The translations under genes were made by a program, and so were the position numbers. 64,000 nt of DNA from Octopus bimaculoides (lineage: Eukaryota): the NCBI RefSeq assembly GCF_001194135.2, contig NC_068994.1, forward strand, positions 8,547,169-8,611,168. The letters run 5' to 3'. Numbering within the stretch: position 1 is the stretch's first letter; each line of letters starts with the position of its first letter. Shown here piece after piece: positions 40,776-53,333 of the stretch. The notes beneath the pieces are model-generated. The model saw only the letters and a program-made list of their open reading frames with translations, was not told the origin of the DNA and made no database searches.

Positions 40776-40969
40776 AAGGAACAAGACCTGAAATGAGGAG
40801 AATAGTCGATTAGATTCACCCCAGTACGCTAATGGTACTCAATTCATCGACCACGAAAGAATGAAAGGCAAAATCGACCTCGGCGGAATTTGAACTCAGA
40901 ACGTAAAGACAGACGAAATACCGCTAAGCATTTCGCTCGGCGTGCTAACGTTTCTGCCAACTCGCCACT
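40776..40969 (-). mobile_element. SINE family B
   Basis: Reverse-complement match to head and central domain. Confidence 0.8.
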
Positions 40970-41149
40970 TTAGTAGTAGTAGTAGTTGTACTACTACTAC
41001 CACTACTACTATAACTACTAAAAGGTAATGATGATGATGATAATAATAATAATAGGACGAGGGAGAATGATAATATTTTTGAGTGCGACATAGGGAAAAG
41101 AAGGGCTGCATAAAAGCTGAATGCGTCCTGTTTCTTACCAACTACAGGA

Positions 41150-41870
41150 GTAATTAGAAAAGGTGAAGAAAATATGTGACAACTATGTAGAAAGACGAGT
41201 AATTGGAACGCTTGCTGGACCTGAAGGTATTCAGAATATTGGATAAAGAAGCTAATAAGGTGCCAGCAATGAATAACAGAACAGTTTAATGCAGTGCTGA
41301 GCGGAATTGAAGAGAATCCTGATTGAATAACTACTGGACGAACAGTAATAGGCTAGAAGGGTGTTTTAAAAGGAAATGTTAAGGATATAATTACAGAGCC
41401 ATATCAGGCCTCCAACTGATATGGAAGCTGCTCACTAGAATGATCGCTGATGGAATATGAACCTTTCTTGATGATAACGGAATTTTCTCTGTTGTGCAGG
41501 AAGGTTTTAAATGGAGTTATAGGGAACTAAAGACCGGTTACTTCAAAGATAAATGATGATGAAAGATTTTAAGCAAAGGAAGGCAAATTTAGCAGTGGTT
41601 TGGATAGAATACTGCAACGCCTATGACGTGATAATGTATTTGTGAGCCATTGAAGGCTTGAACATACTTGGGATTGCAAAGAATATCAAGAATTACTTCG
41701 AGAAAAAGCACGGAAGCCTAGAAGATTGAGCTCAAATCTTATGGACGGAACTTAGGAATGTTAAATATCAAAAGAGAGATATTTCAAAGAGACAACATGT
41801 CTCCTTTACTCGTTGTTTTATTTATGATCATTTTGACACAGATATTAAGAGAAGAAACTAAGAGATGAAA
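41150..41870 (+). pseudogene. Decayed R4/Dong-type LINE reverse transcriptase fragment
   Basis: NYRAISGLQLIWKLLTRMIADGI (from 41389), ANLAVVWIEYCNAYDV (41583-41630), KREIFQRDNMSPLLVVLFMIILTQILR (41770-41850); stops and frameshifts throughout. Confidence 0.85.
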
Positions 41871-42151
41871 CATCTAAGAGAAGTGTGGCGATATTGCATC
41901 CAAACTGGTACAAGAAATTTTGAGTAAGAGCAGCTTCGGTAGATAATAAAGGCCGAAACATGAATGAGTCATGGTCATGACCCCCATCAGACCAAAGCGT
42001 AGATAGTTGCCCTAAATGTGCCAGAATCTTTTATATGGATACCGAGACATGTAAGAAGACCACAAATATGACTCGGATGCTTGTGACAGAGTAGACCCCA
42101 CGCCAATTCAACCAAGGTGTTAGATGGTAGCGTTAATAACTGATTAGTTAT

Positions 42152-42783
42152 CCTTTTCTACTCTTGGGACAAGGCCCGAAAATTTTGTTGAGGGGGCCAG
42201 TCGATTAGATCGACCCCAGTACTTAACTGGTACTTAATTTATCGCCCCCCCCCAAAGGATGAAAGGTAAAGTCGACCTCGGCGGAATTTGAACTCAGAAC
42301 GTAAAGACCGAAATACCGTCAAGCGTTTCTCCCGGCGTTGCTAACGTTTCTTATTTCTTTATTGCCCACAAGGGGTTAAATATAGAGGGGACAGACAAAG
42401 GGATTTAGTCGATTACATCGAACCCAGAGCGTAACTGGTACTTAATGTATCGACCCCGAAAGGATGAAAGGCAAAATCGACCTCGGCGGAATTTGAACTC
42501 AGAACGTAACGGCAAACGAAATGCCGCTAAGCATTTTGACCGGTGTGCTAACGTTTCTTATTTCTTTATTGCCCACAATGAGCTACACACAGAGGGCACA
42601 AACAAACGGATTAAGTCGATTATATCGACCCCAGTGCGTAACTGGTACTTATTTAATCGACCCCCAAAAGGATGAAAGGCAAAGTCGACCTCGGCAGAAT
42701 TTGAACTCAGAACATAACGGCAGACGAAATACCGCTAAGCATTTCGCCCGGCGTGCTAACGTTTTTGCCAGTTCGCCGCTTTG
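42152..42783 (-). mobile_element. SINE family B head-to-tail trimer
   Basis: Three units joined at aaagaaataa|gaaacgttagc; probable diverged TSD actgattagttat (42139-42151) / actggctggttat (42784-42796). Confidence 0.85.
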
Positions 42784-44129
42784 ACTGGCTGGTTATTCAA
42801 TATAATTCGATACATGTTTACTAATATGTACAAGTTCTCCTGTAGTGTATGGAAGAACATTTTGGCTGTATCTTTAAATTAAAAATATTCTAAATAACAG
42901 TTATATGTTACTGTGTTATTTAAATAACACAATGACCATTTACAACACAAATATATCTTTATAGTCATTATGTCTAATGTTCTTGTCAAGATAATTGAAG
43001 AATTAGTTGTTAAGAGTTTTGTAAATTAGCACTGGACAACTAGATGTTAGTGGATCAGGAATTCTTATTCTCCAGTGTATTTTTGTTCAAATTAAAGATA
43101 CTTCATTCAGTGTAAATGGAAGTAAGGCAACGAGAAGAAAAGGATAATGAGAAGCGCACATACGCGCACACACACAGGCACACACATATACTATATGTAT
43201 GTATGTACATATAAATAAAGAAAGAGATAGGCAGGTAGGTGGCTTGATAGACAGATAGATAAACAGATACATACAAAAATACATATATACAAACATATAT
43301 ACATACGTACGTACGTCCATCTATTCATTTATCCATTCGTCTATACATACATACATACATACATGCATACATACATACATACATAAATGCATATATAGAC
43401 AACTCTGGACAACTGCTTCGAAACCTCCAGCTTCTTTCTATATCCTTACTATCGATTCACAGTCATACCAATAATATTGTGAGTAAATACTAAAGTGATT
43501 ACTTCGAGAAGCTATGTTTTTCAGAAAATAAATTCGACCAGAGTTGATTCGCACATTACAAATACAATCCGTAAATAGAACAGTAAAATATGCAAGAGTC
43601 ATCGCAATTATAAATATGACATTGGTTTTGCTATCTGCATTGTTAGAAACCAGCTCCTTCGTCCTGCATTTATTTGTAAAGTTAAAGAAGTTATTAAAAA
43701 TTGAAATCCGCCAGTGACTTTTGGGACACGCTATACACACACACAGACACACACACACACACGCGTGTATGTATGTATATTTTGTCAATGTGTACGAATA
43801 ACAATGAAAAATAAATTAAATATGTCTTTTCGAAACGTATGTTGGAAGTATAAAATGATTTGAATAACACCTGCGTTTGATTCCATTTCTTAATTTATGC
43901 ATATATGCATATATATATATGTGTGTGTGTGTGTGTGTAGATAAACGGTGTTACAAAATGGCTGTTATGATTCTGTTCCTAAGCACAACTATGTATAATG
44001 TCACTTGTCAAATAAATACACATCTGAAGAAATTATTCAATATGGATCCAATGGACGCAGACGTGAAAGTAGCTTATTACTGGAATGTTCTAATATTAGG
44101 AAATAAAGCCGAGCCATAACTGAATCTAG

Positions 44130-44450
44130 CAACAGTGGGAAGCATTAATTGAAGCCTTGTGTGGTTAGAATATGAAAAACGCGTTTGATGTATCCCGATT
44201 TTATGGACGTTCTAAATGCTAACTATGGGGTAGGTATCTCACAAGATAACTAACTATACTAAATATTACAATGAGATGATAGAGAATAAAGATATACCTG
44301 AATGACAGAAGAAAAGCATGGAAGGATAAAATCTAAAAATAAATCCTCGCTAATGGAGGAACTTTACAACGTTTGAATAATATCAGGAACCGAAGTAGGT
44401 CATAAAACCATTGTTTATAATGGAATGCATGCAAAAATAATATTAACAAA
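44130..44450 (+). pseudogene. Very decayed R4-like RT fragment
   Basis: WLEYE..AFDVS (cf. WIDYKKAFDSV) and LKINP; heavily frameshifted. Confidence 0.3.
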
Positions 44451-45361
44451 AACAAAAAATCTATAGATAATAACCACTTGAGCAACATATAAAGAGATCA
44501 CGGTATTTAGTAGGGATATTTGTATAGAAATGGCAGAAAACACATATGGATAGGATACACCAAAGTGAAGTATGTCTACGAAGAGATGAGATAAATAAAT
44601 GGCGAGAGAAATATAATGATATCAAAAACAAAATATAAGACAAGAGTAAACTTGAAGAAATAATAGAAGATCATTGGATATATTCTAGAATGGATGTGGA
44701 ACATCTGAACATAATATTAGAGTTGCATGTCAGGCCAGTGTTCATGACAGACCGATTTTTTAAGAATAAAGAGACTTTAAAACTAACATTAGCTTAGGCA
44801 TCTCTCTCTTTTTCTGTCTTGCTATATATCAATTTATTTGTCTATCCATCGACATATACGTGCGTGTCTTTAAGACGTATAAACATAAGGCGGTGATCTA
44901 GCAGAATGGTTAGCGCACTGGACAGGACAAAACGCTCAGCGCCATTTCGTCTGACTTTAAGTTTTGATTTCAAATACCACCGAGGACTACTTCGACTTTT
45001 ATCATTTTGGGGGTCGATAAAAAAAAAGTACCAGTTAAGCATGTGGGTCAATGTTAAGGACTTATTCCCTCCTCTAAATTTGCAGGCCTTATGCCAAACA
45101 TTAATACCAATACCAAACATTAATACCATCATGTAATCGATTCCCCCTTGCTAAGTATTTAGCCCGGCGTGCTAACGTTTCTGCCAGCTGGCTACCTTAA
45201 ACGACCCAGACATCCCACTTCTTGCAAATGTATAACACACACACACACACACACACACACGAAAGATGGTGACAAGAGAGTTAAGCAAGTACGTCAATGA
45301 CCCCTTTCAAAAACTATGGAAATTACACCGTTTTCTGTTTTTTTTCATATTTTCTTTTTAC

Positions 45362-45595
45362 TGGGCGGCGAGTTGGCAGAAACGTTAGCACGCCGGGCGA
45401 AATGCCTAGCGGTATTTCGTCTGCCGTTACCGTCTGAGTTCAAATTCCGCCCAAGTCGAATCTGCCTTTTATCCTTTTGAGGTCGATTAAATAAGTATCA
45501 CTTACGCAATGGGGTCGACGTAATCGACTTAATCCCTTTGTCTGTCCTTGTTTGTCCCCTCTATGTTTAGCCCCCTATGGGCAATAAAGAAATAA
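45362..45595 (+). mobile_element. SINE family B, tail type 2
   Basis: Tail ...ccctttgtctgtccttgtttgtcccctctatgtttagccccctatgggcaataaagaaataa; 12-bp TSD atattttctttt at 45347-45358 and 45596-45607. Confidence 0.9.
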
Positions 45596-46388
45596 ATATT
45601 TTCTTTTCATAACAATATATTGATTGATATCCATAACACTGTTTTAAAACGCTAATAATTTCGGTTATATCTTAGATGTCGTTCCATAGATGGAATAGCT
45701 TGTAGCGTGAGATACTGCTCAAACGGTTTCCATAATGTAAAAGATTCCAATTATGCTTTAGATTTACTTACGCAGTTAAGATTGTCCAAAGTGAAAAAGG
45801 GTCATATTATAACGTTAGAGATTACGATTGCTTTTTTCATTTCCTTCCTTAGCAGAAACTATTTAAAGCGGAAAGTATAACAGTCGAACGGTTTTCTTAT
45901 TACTTCAAGGTTTTTGTTATTACGGCACCCATTACGTTCCATAGCTAAGATTAATTAAAAACCTTAACCCTCTCTCGAACACAAAATGGAATAAGCAGAA
46001 TTGTTTATACCCCCACACACACATACACACACACACATACATGTGTGTGTGTAGGTGTGTGCATATTTAAAATACATCACTGACCTACATATGTTACAGT
46101 TAACGGTTAGAAACATATAACGGCACAATATAGCAGTCAGAGACATGACTGTATACATTTAATGTATATTGTATTAAAATAAGAGCTAGTAATAGTTTCT
46201 TACCATTGAGACACGTGTTTAAGCACATTTTGATGACGCTCCTTTTGTCTTCAAGCAATTTTGAGGCTTTGGACACATGGTTTGCTCTAGGACAGGGAAT
46301 ACTTTTTGTTGATCCTACTTCAAGGGAACGGTAAACTATATGTCTATATTATTTACATTTGATATTTGTCCGCATCTTGTTTGTTGTT

Positions 46389-46434
46389 AACACAACGTTT
46401 CGGCTGATATACGCTCCAGCCTTCATCAGGTGTC
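46389..46434 (-). ncRNA. Minimal type I hammerhead ribozyme motif, left arm of palindrome
   Basis: Reverse complement reads GACAC-CTGATGA-A-GGCTGG(agcgtata)TCAGCC-GAA-ACGT-T-GTGTT; all core nucleotides are present. Confidence 0.75.
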
Positions 46435-46486
46435 TTGGAGAAATTTCGAACCTGGGAATGAGAACCCAGGTTCGAAATTTCCCCAA

Positions 46487-46532
46487 GACACCTGATGAAG
46501 GCTGGAGGGTATACCAGCTGAAACGTTGTGTT
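46487..46532 (+). ncRNA. Minimal type I hammerhead ribozyme motif (Penelope-like), right arm of palindrome
   Basis: GACAC-CTGATGA-A-GGCTGG(agggtata)CCAGCT-GAA-ACGT-T-GTGTT: helix I GACAC/GUGUU, core CUGAUGA...GAAA, 6-bp helix II, palindromic ACGU helix III, predicted GUU cleavage triplet. Confidence 0.75.
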
Positions 46533-46653
46533 AACAACAAACAAGATGAGGACAAATATCCGTCAAATGTAAATAATATAAATAATGTACATAATTCCTC
46601 ATCTCTTAAATATAGAACTGTACTATATCTCAATGTAACTGTGTGTGTGAGAG

Positions 46654-46684
<31 letters not shown>

Positions 46685-47276
46685 CTGTGTGTGTGAAAGG
46701 GAGTGAGTGAGTGTGTGTCTATATCCCACGCTTGACAACTGGTGTTGGTTTGTTAGCATCCCTCAACCTAGCGGTTCAGCAACAGATGAATTTGAATAAG
46801 TATCAGGCTTGCATAGTAAGAACTGGGATCGATTTCTTGGATTACATTATTCAAGGCGGTACCCAAATAGCAAACGGTAGGATTATATGCGACCGAATGT
46901 CACTAGAGTATGGCATAGCATTTCAAGGCTTATTTGCTTCGAATGTCTGCGCTTAAAACCCGCCGAACTTGAAGCTTCTTATAGAAGAACAAATACCAAA
47001 GGGCAGATACTCATGTGGCACGAGAAATATTCTATAATTCAGTTGGTCTCGTCTGCTACTTTAGGAACTCCGAAAAAAGAAAACCCAGCACAAATAACAA
47101 CAACAATAAAAGATGCAACATCCCACCAGGAAGAACCTAATAGCGACCGCGGAAGAAAGCAAAATCACAGAGCTGTGAAATTGGAAAAAATATTGTAATG
47201 CCTTCTATTCAATGATGCATCTGTTAGTGAGTTAACGTCCATGCAAGATATAAGAGAATATCAAATACAAGACAAA

Positions 47277-47665
47277 GTTGTTGGCACTCAGTCGCTTACG
47301 ACGACGAGGGTTCCAGTTGATCCGATCAACGGAACAGCCTGATCGTGAAATTAACGTGCAAGTGGCTGAGCACTCCACAGACACGTGTACCCTTAACGTA
47401 GTTCTCGGGGAAATTCAGCGTGACACAGAGTGTGACAAGGCTGGCTCTTTGAATTACAGACAGGCACAACAGAAACAGGAAGTAAGAGTGAGAGAAAGTT
47501 GTAGTGAAAGAGTACAGCAGGATTCGCCACCATCCCCTGCCGGAACCTCGTGGAGCTTTAGGCGTTTCGCTCAATAAACACTCACGACGCCCGGTCTGGG
47601 AATCGAAACCGCGATCCTACAACCGCGAGTCCGCTGCCCTAACCACTGGGCCATTGCGCCTCCAT
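47277..47665 (-). mobile_element. SINE family C, full length
   Basis: 11-bp TSD tacaagacaaa at 47266-47276 and 47666-47676; reverse complement of the 25789 copy. Confidence 0.9.
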
Positions 47666-48220
47666 TACAAGACAAAATATGAAGTAAATAAAGAAAAGAT
47701 GGCTAAGGCTTCTCCATACATACACACATATGTACAGTGTACAAAAGAAGAAAAAATATATAATATATACAAGGCAAAATCGTAGAAAATGTCACACAAT
47801 GCATATGTTGAACGACATTTTCGAGGTTTTTACCATGTACTCTACTTTTGATATTGGCCATAAGCCGCCACTCGGAATTCCCAAACCTAATCGGTATTCA
47901 TTGGGCGTTCAACAATTGGCTCACTCAGAATTGTAGAATGCTTCACAGCGAGAATTACATGATAAACATTCATTATTATATACGTCTTTAATTAGTTAAG
48001 ATGATTAAAGAAAAGTGCATTTGACTTTGCAGAAGTAAAGGAGATATACGAACGAAGAAGATGGTATCTTTGGAATATTGCAAAGCAACGTAGTGATTAA
48101 AACACTTAACCAAGTCGTGTAGTCGTTCGTTGAACAGAAACCCAGGCCAGATTTGTAGTGCATCTCGTAAACTTGGTGATACCTTACAAATAGTGAATTT
48201 GAGATATAGATTGCTTAAAA

Positions 48221-48530
48221 TGTTATGTTGGCACTCCGTCGCTTATGACGCCGAGGGTTACAGTTGATCCGATCAACGGAACAGCCTGCTCGTGAAATTA
48301 ACGTGCACGTGGCTGAGCATTCCACAGACACGTGTACCCTTAACGTAGTTCTCGGGAATATTCAGCGTAACACGGTGTGACAAGGCTGACCCTTTGAATT
48401 ACAGGCACAACAGAAACAGGAAGTAAGAGTGAGAGAAAGTTTTAGTGAAAAGAGTACAGCAGGGTTCGCCACCATCCCCTGCCGGAGCCTCGTGGAGCTT
48501 TAGGTGTTTTCGCTCAATAAACACTCACAA
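48221..48530 (-). mobile_element. SINE family C, truncated by assembly gap
   Basis: Highly similar to 47277-47590. Confidence 0.85.
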
Positions 48531-49399
48531 NNNNNNNNNNNNNNNNNNNNNNNNNNNNNNNNNNNNNNNNNNNNNNNNNNNNNNNNNNNNNNNNNNNNNN
48601 NNNNNNNNNNNNNNNNNNNNNNNNNNNNNNNNNNNNNNNNNNNNNNNNNNNNNNNNNNNNNNNNNNNNNNNNNNNNNNNNNNNNNNNNNNNNNNNNNNNN
48701 NNNNNNNNNNNNNNNNNNNNNNNNNNNNNNNNNNNNNNNNNNNNNNNNNNNNNNNNNNNNNNNNNNNNNNNNNNNNNNNNNNNNNNNNNNNNNNNNNNNA
48801 AAGTAAAGTTGTAAGATACCGCACGAGGTCATGGTGCTCCAGCATGGCCGCAGTCAAATGACAAACAAGTAAAAGAGTAAAAGAGCATGTGGAATGGAGT
48901 ACAATTTATGTTTGGTATAAGTGAAAAGGACAAAACAAATGAATCGTCAAAGAATTGAACTCGCCACGGCAGAGATTGTGACTCAAATTTCTTGAGAGCT
49001 TAACGATGTCTGCGACTCCTGTTCTGTTAGCTTGCAATTGTCCAACATGAACCACGACCACGACTGCCGCCGCCACCACCACCACCACCACCATCAAACC
49101 GTCATTAATACTACAAACGTTGCCATGATTTCTACTACAAATACTAGTAATACTACTATCACTACTACAAATAGAATGACAACCAAGTTCACCGTTCCCA
49201 ACGTCACCAGCACCAGCATAAATACTATTGCTGTTAACTAATTTCATATCTGAACTGTCTTTGGAAATTGCTAACATCGTGTTCGTTTAAAAATACATAC
49301 GTTTGTCTGTTAAAGGATAAGCACTTTTCCACTTGAGCAAAGAAAGAGACGCTAGCAAAAGAGGTGAAAGGAACAAAAGATCGTTTATTGATTGAAAGA

Positions 49400-50140
49400 T
49401 ATTTGATGAGAAATTGAACATGGCGATTGACGAGTACATGCATGGCTTCGATTGATTTCCGGAAAGAATATGATTTGTTAGCACACAACTGGATTATCGA
49501 AGCCCTCAAGATGTTTGATATTGCCAACAGTTTGAATTAACTGATGTTATCAAGTGGACCATGGTGGAAAAGTAATTTGTATGCAAGTGGCAAATATCCT
49601 GAAAGTATTCCAAGGGGAATCTATTTCCCGACTCTTTCCATTATTGTCGTAATTCCACTATTAATGGCCGTATAAGAGACTGGAATTGAAAGCCAGCTTC
49701 AGGTGCTGAGTTCAGCAACATTTTGTTTGCGTACAATCTTAAGCACATTGATAACGACGGAAAAGAAATTAACTTTATCGTTTTGGCTCTCAATTTCTGT
49801 TAGAAAGAAAACACAAAGAAACAAACGAAAACAAAAGATATATAAAATCTGGCGTTTACAAATGCACTTGGAAATGTTCTATTCTATGTTAATAATGATT
49901 TCTCACGTTAGAAATAATTTTGTTAATAATAAAAAGTGATAGACGGATAGACGTGTTAATTGTCAAGGAATAGAACTAGAATCAGGAGACAAAATTGCTT
50001 ATGGCTGACGTCAAGTAGATAAGTATAATAAATAACTTGAACTTGTAGATTTAAATCGAGTATTGCAAGCGAAGATAAAGCGTAGAGTGATAGTGGTGCT
50101 GGCAAAGAATTTTTATATAGAACAGAGAGAACAAATGCAA
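49400..50140 (+). pseudogene. Decayed R4/Dong-type RT fragment
   Basis: CMASIDFRKEYDLLAHNWIIEALKMFDIA, VFQGES, NILFAYNLKH (degenerate FMDDLK box), GIELESGDKI. Confidence 0.7.
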
Positions 50141-50469
50141 GATTTGAAAATTTGAAATGAGAAGTTGTTGCTAAGACAACCGTTAAATGTTTGAATTTAT
50201 TTCATTTACACATCCATCTTTAATTGTTCGAAAAGATAACTTGTACAATATTGAGATGTCACATATACTAACATTATGCCAATGCTGTGGGAATGTTTTT
50301 TATATATTTACCACCTTTATATAGTTCACCTTTATATAGTTCTACATACATACATGCATACATACATTCATACATATGTATGTATATTATGTAGTATTGG
50401 CATGATTCAGCTCTTTGCAGCTTAAAGTCCCGAGGCCTCAGAAAACGAGCAGTGGTTAATTAAGAGCTA

Positions 50470-51382
50470 GCTTTCGGAAACTGTTGCATTAAATGGGGAT
50501 TTCAAACACAAGATGATGCTCTGGGTTTGGTGGAATTATGGAGGGGTAGTTCTCAGGATAGTTCCGGAAGCTGTAGCCTCACATGGGCCTTTCAAATGCA
50601 AGAGGATGCTCTGAGCTCGGTATAATTATGAAGGGATATTTCACACGCCAGCTTCCGGAAACTGTCGCTTGACATAAACGTTTCGAACACAAGATGGTGC
50701 TGTGAGTTTGGTGGAATCATAAAGGGATAATTCACCAGGAGTTCGTTCCTGGGGGTTGAACTATCGGTGCCGACAAGTACTCCCAACAGCTGGAGAAAAT
50801 GTAAGCCACTGTGCAGCAAAAATCCTTGGCATTTGTTAAGAGCAAGCTCGTCTGCAGTAAGACAACTCATAACACTCGAACGACCTGGAATAGACTTCAA
50901 ATTCCACACCCAGCCTATTTACCGGACGTAGCTCCCACGGATGATAATTTGTTCTGAATTAAGGTGGTGAACTGGCAGAATCGATAGCACGCTGGACGAA
51001 ATGCTTAGCGGAATTTCGTCGGTCGCTGCGTTCAAGATCCACTGAGGTTGACATCGCCTTTTATTCTTTCGTGGGCGATTAAATAACTACCAGTTACGCA
51101 CAGGGATCGATGTAATCGACTATAGTAGAAAGGATTATTACTTGTCCTAATCCGTGACTCACTTCCCGTGCTCGCAACATCTCAACCTAAATGAGGTGGA
51201 GAGGTTCTACGTCTCCAGAGACGAGAACCCGTGTCAGCGTGGGCTCAAAGAAAAGGCAGGAAGGTGGCTTCAGATGATTGAACACGATGGCCCCTACTTT
51301 GAATGCCTAAATTGCTTTTGTGGTAAATTGATGACTAAGAAAATACGTTACCGAAATACATCAAACCTTTTGAGTCAATACG

Positions 51383-51390
<8 letters not shown>
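50470..51390 (+). pseudogene. Decayed mariner (DD34D-type) transposase, C-terminal half, split by a SINE
   Basis: HKMVL*VWWNHKGIIHQEFVPGG*TIGADKYSQQL...IPHPAYLPDVAPTDDNLF (50682-50954; cf. HPPYSPDLAPSDYHLF), then ERFYVSRDENPCQRGL...RWLQMIEHDGPYFE after the SINE. Confidence 0.85.
50961..51140 (+). mobile_element. SINE family B (diverged) inserted in a mariner relic
   Basis: Degenerate head and central domain; the mariner reading resumes on its far side. Confidence 0.75.
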
Positions 51391-51470
<80 letters not shown>

Positions 51471-51485
51471 GAGAGAGAGAAAGAG
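51386..51485. repeat. (GA)n microsatellite
   Basis: About 100 nt of near-pure GA; dozens of (TA)n and (CA)n tracts occur throughout the window. Confidence 0.95.
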
Positions 51486-51791
51486 AGAAGCACAAACACG
51501 AATGTACTCATATATACACATGTATATATTCATATACACCTGTCATATGATCAACTAGGCAAGATTTCCCGGAAGCTAAGATATTTGTCCAATCGTCTCA
51601 TTAGTACGGAATTATCTACGATGACAAAATCAACCTGATTCACCTTTCAGTTACACTGACACACGCACACATACATACGTACATACACGACACACACATA
51701 CACACATATACACACATACATATATATACATATCTATCTATAGCTGTATGTAAATATATATATATAAATATACTGTATATATACCCAGACA

Positions 51792-51864
<73 letters not shown>

Positions 51865-51939
51865 AGAGAGAGAGATGATCATACTTTAGATATACTTCAA
51901 ATATACCTATATTTTATACCTTTATTATCATAGCCCATT

Positions 51940-51978
<39 letters not shown>

Positions 51979-52711
51979 CATATACACACATATATATATA
52001 TCTGTCTATAGCTGTATGTGTATATCGATATATGTGTATGTCAAACTAATACACCTGCTTGTTGTTTATACATCTGTCTTTGTCTTATGTTTTTCTATAA
52101 GTTTCAACTATATATATATAGATATATTCATACCTCTGATATACTACACACATACCTACATTTTATATATATTATATACAATGTACAATAGACTTAAATT
52201 AAGATACATGAATCTGCCCTGACAAAGCTGACTGTTCGATTTTACATTTCCCACCGATTATTATAATATCGATGGGATTGTTAAATATTAAAACTCGTAA
52301 TATCCATGCATATTTCTGTCGGTTCTGAAATATCTGACCCTATTACTGTAACGAGGTTAGCTATGAAAGTATTCCAACTTCTATTAGCGATAGCTTGTAG
52401 CTTGCGGAAAATGATGATTAATGTATGTCTGTATTTCCTGATTCGGTGTTTCGATATTATCTATATGTGTCTATATCTATATGTCTATATCTATGTATGC
52501 ATATATGTATCCATGTATGCATGCTGCTTTCCACGAATGATTGTATTCATGGATGTATATGTGTCTATCCCTGAGAATATCTGAGTATACATTTTTCTGT
52601 ATTATTGCCTATATATATGTGTGTGTTTGTGTGCGTGCATGTAAGTGAGTAAGTATTTACATTCACACACACACACACAGACATATACATATATATGTAC
52701 ATATACATACA

Positions 52712-52752
<41 letters not shown>

Positions 52753-53068
52753 GCATATACATGAATATACGTGAACATCTATATACTTTAGTATTTTCAT
52801 ACTCATTCACACAGGCACATACATGCGTACGCATATACACAAGCACGTACATAAACACACACGCGCACTCACACACACACACACACACACTCACGCACAA
52901 ACAGATAAATGCATTAACTTCGTATGTGAATTATAGTTGATTCAATATGATGTATCATTCATCGCCACGAAGTTTATTAATTATCAAAAATAGCAGTGTG
53001 GACTGTAATCTCAATGTTTCGACTTGCTCGCTATCATCAGATTATCTGATAGTAACCTATAAGCTGAA

Positions 53069-53135
<67 letters not shown>

Positions 53136-53333
53136 CGACAGGCTTCTTTAAGTTTNNNNNNNNNNATATACGACAGGCTTCTTTAAGTTTCCGTCTACCA
53201 AATCCACTCACAAGGCTTTGGTCGACCCGAGGATAGAGTAGAAGACACTTGCCCAAGGTGCCACGCAGTGGGAATGAACCCGGAGCCATGTGGTTGGTAG
53301 GCAAGCTACTTACCACACAGCCACTCCTGCGCC
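53136..53333 (-). mobile_element. SINE family A 5' half
   Basis: Near-identical reverse complement of 33261-33425. Confidence 0.85.

Larger units (their letters stand above)
46347..46620. mobile_element. Palindromic hammerhead-bearing non-autonomous element (Penelope pLTR-like), copy 3
   Basis: Inverted arms 46347-46456 and 46465-46578 around an 8-nt spacer aatgagaa; the right arm extends about 40 nt further (...cataattcctcatctcttaaatatagaactg). Confidence 0.75.

Noticed and set aside
42152-42783. Regularly repeated units that might suggest a CRISPR-like array
   Set aside because: Units are about 210-bp SINE copies with no unique spacers, no cas genes, and the DNA is eukaryotic.
46887-48200. 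103-aa ORF and RPDL motif possibly from an R4 endonuclease end
   Set aside because: Similarity is too faint to support a call.
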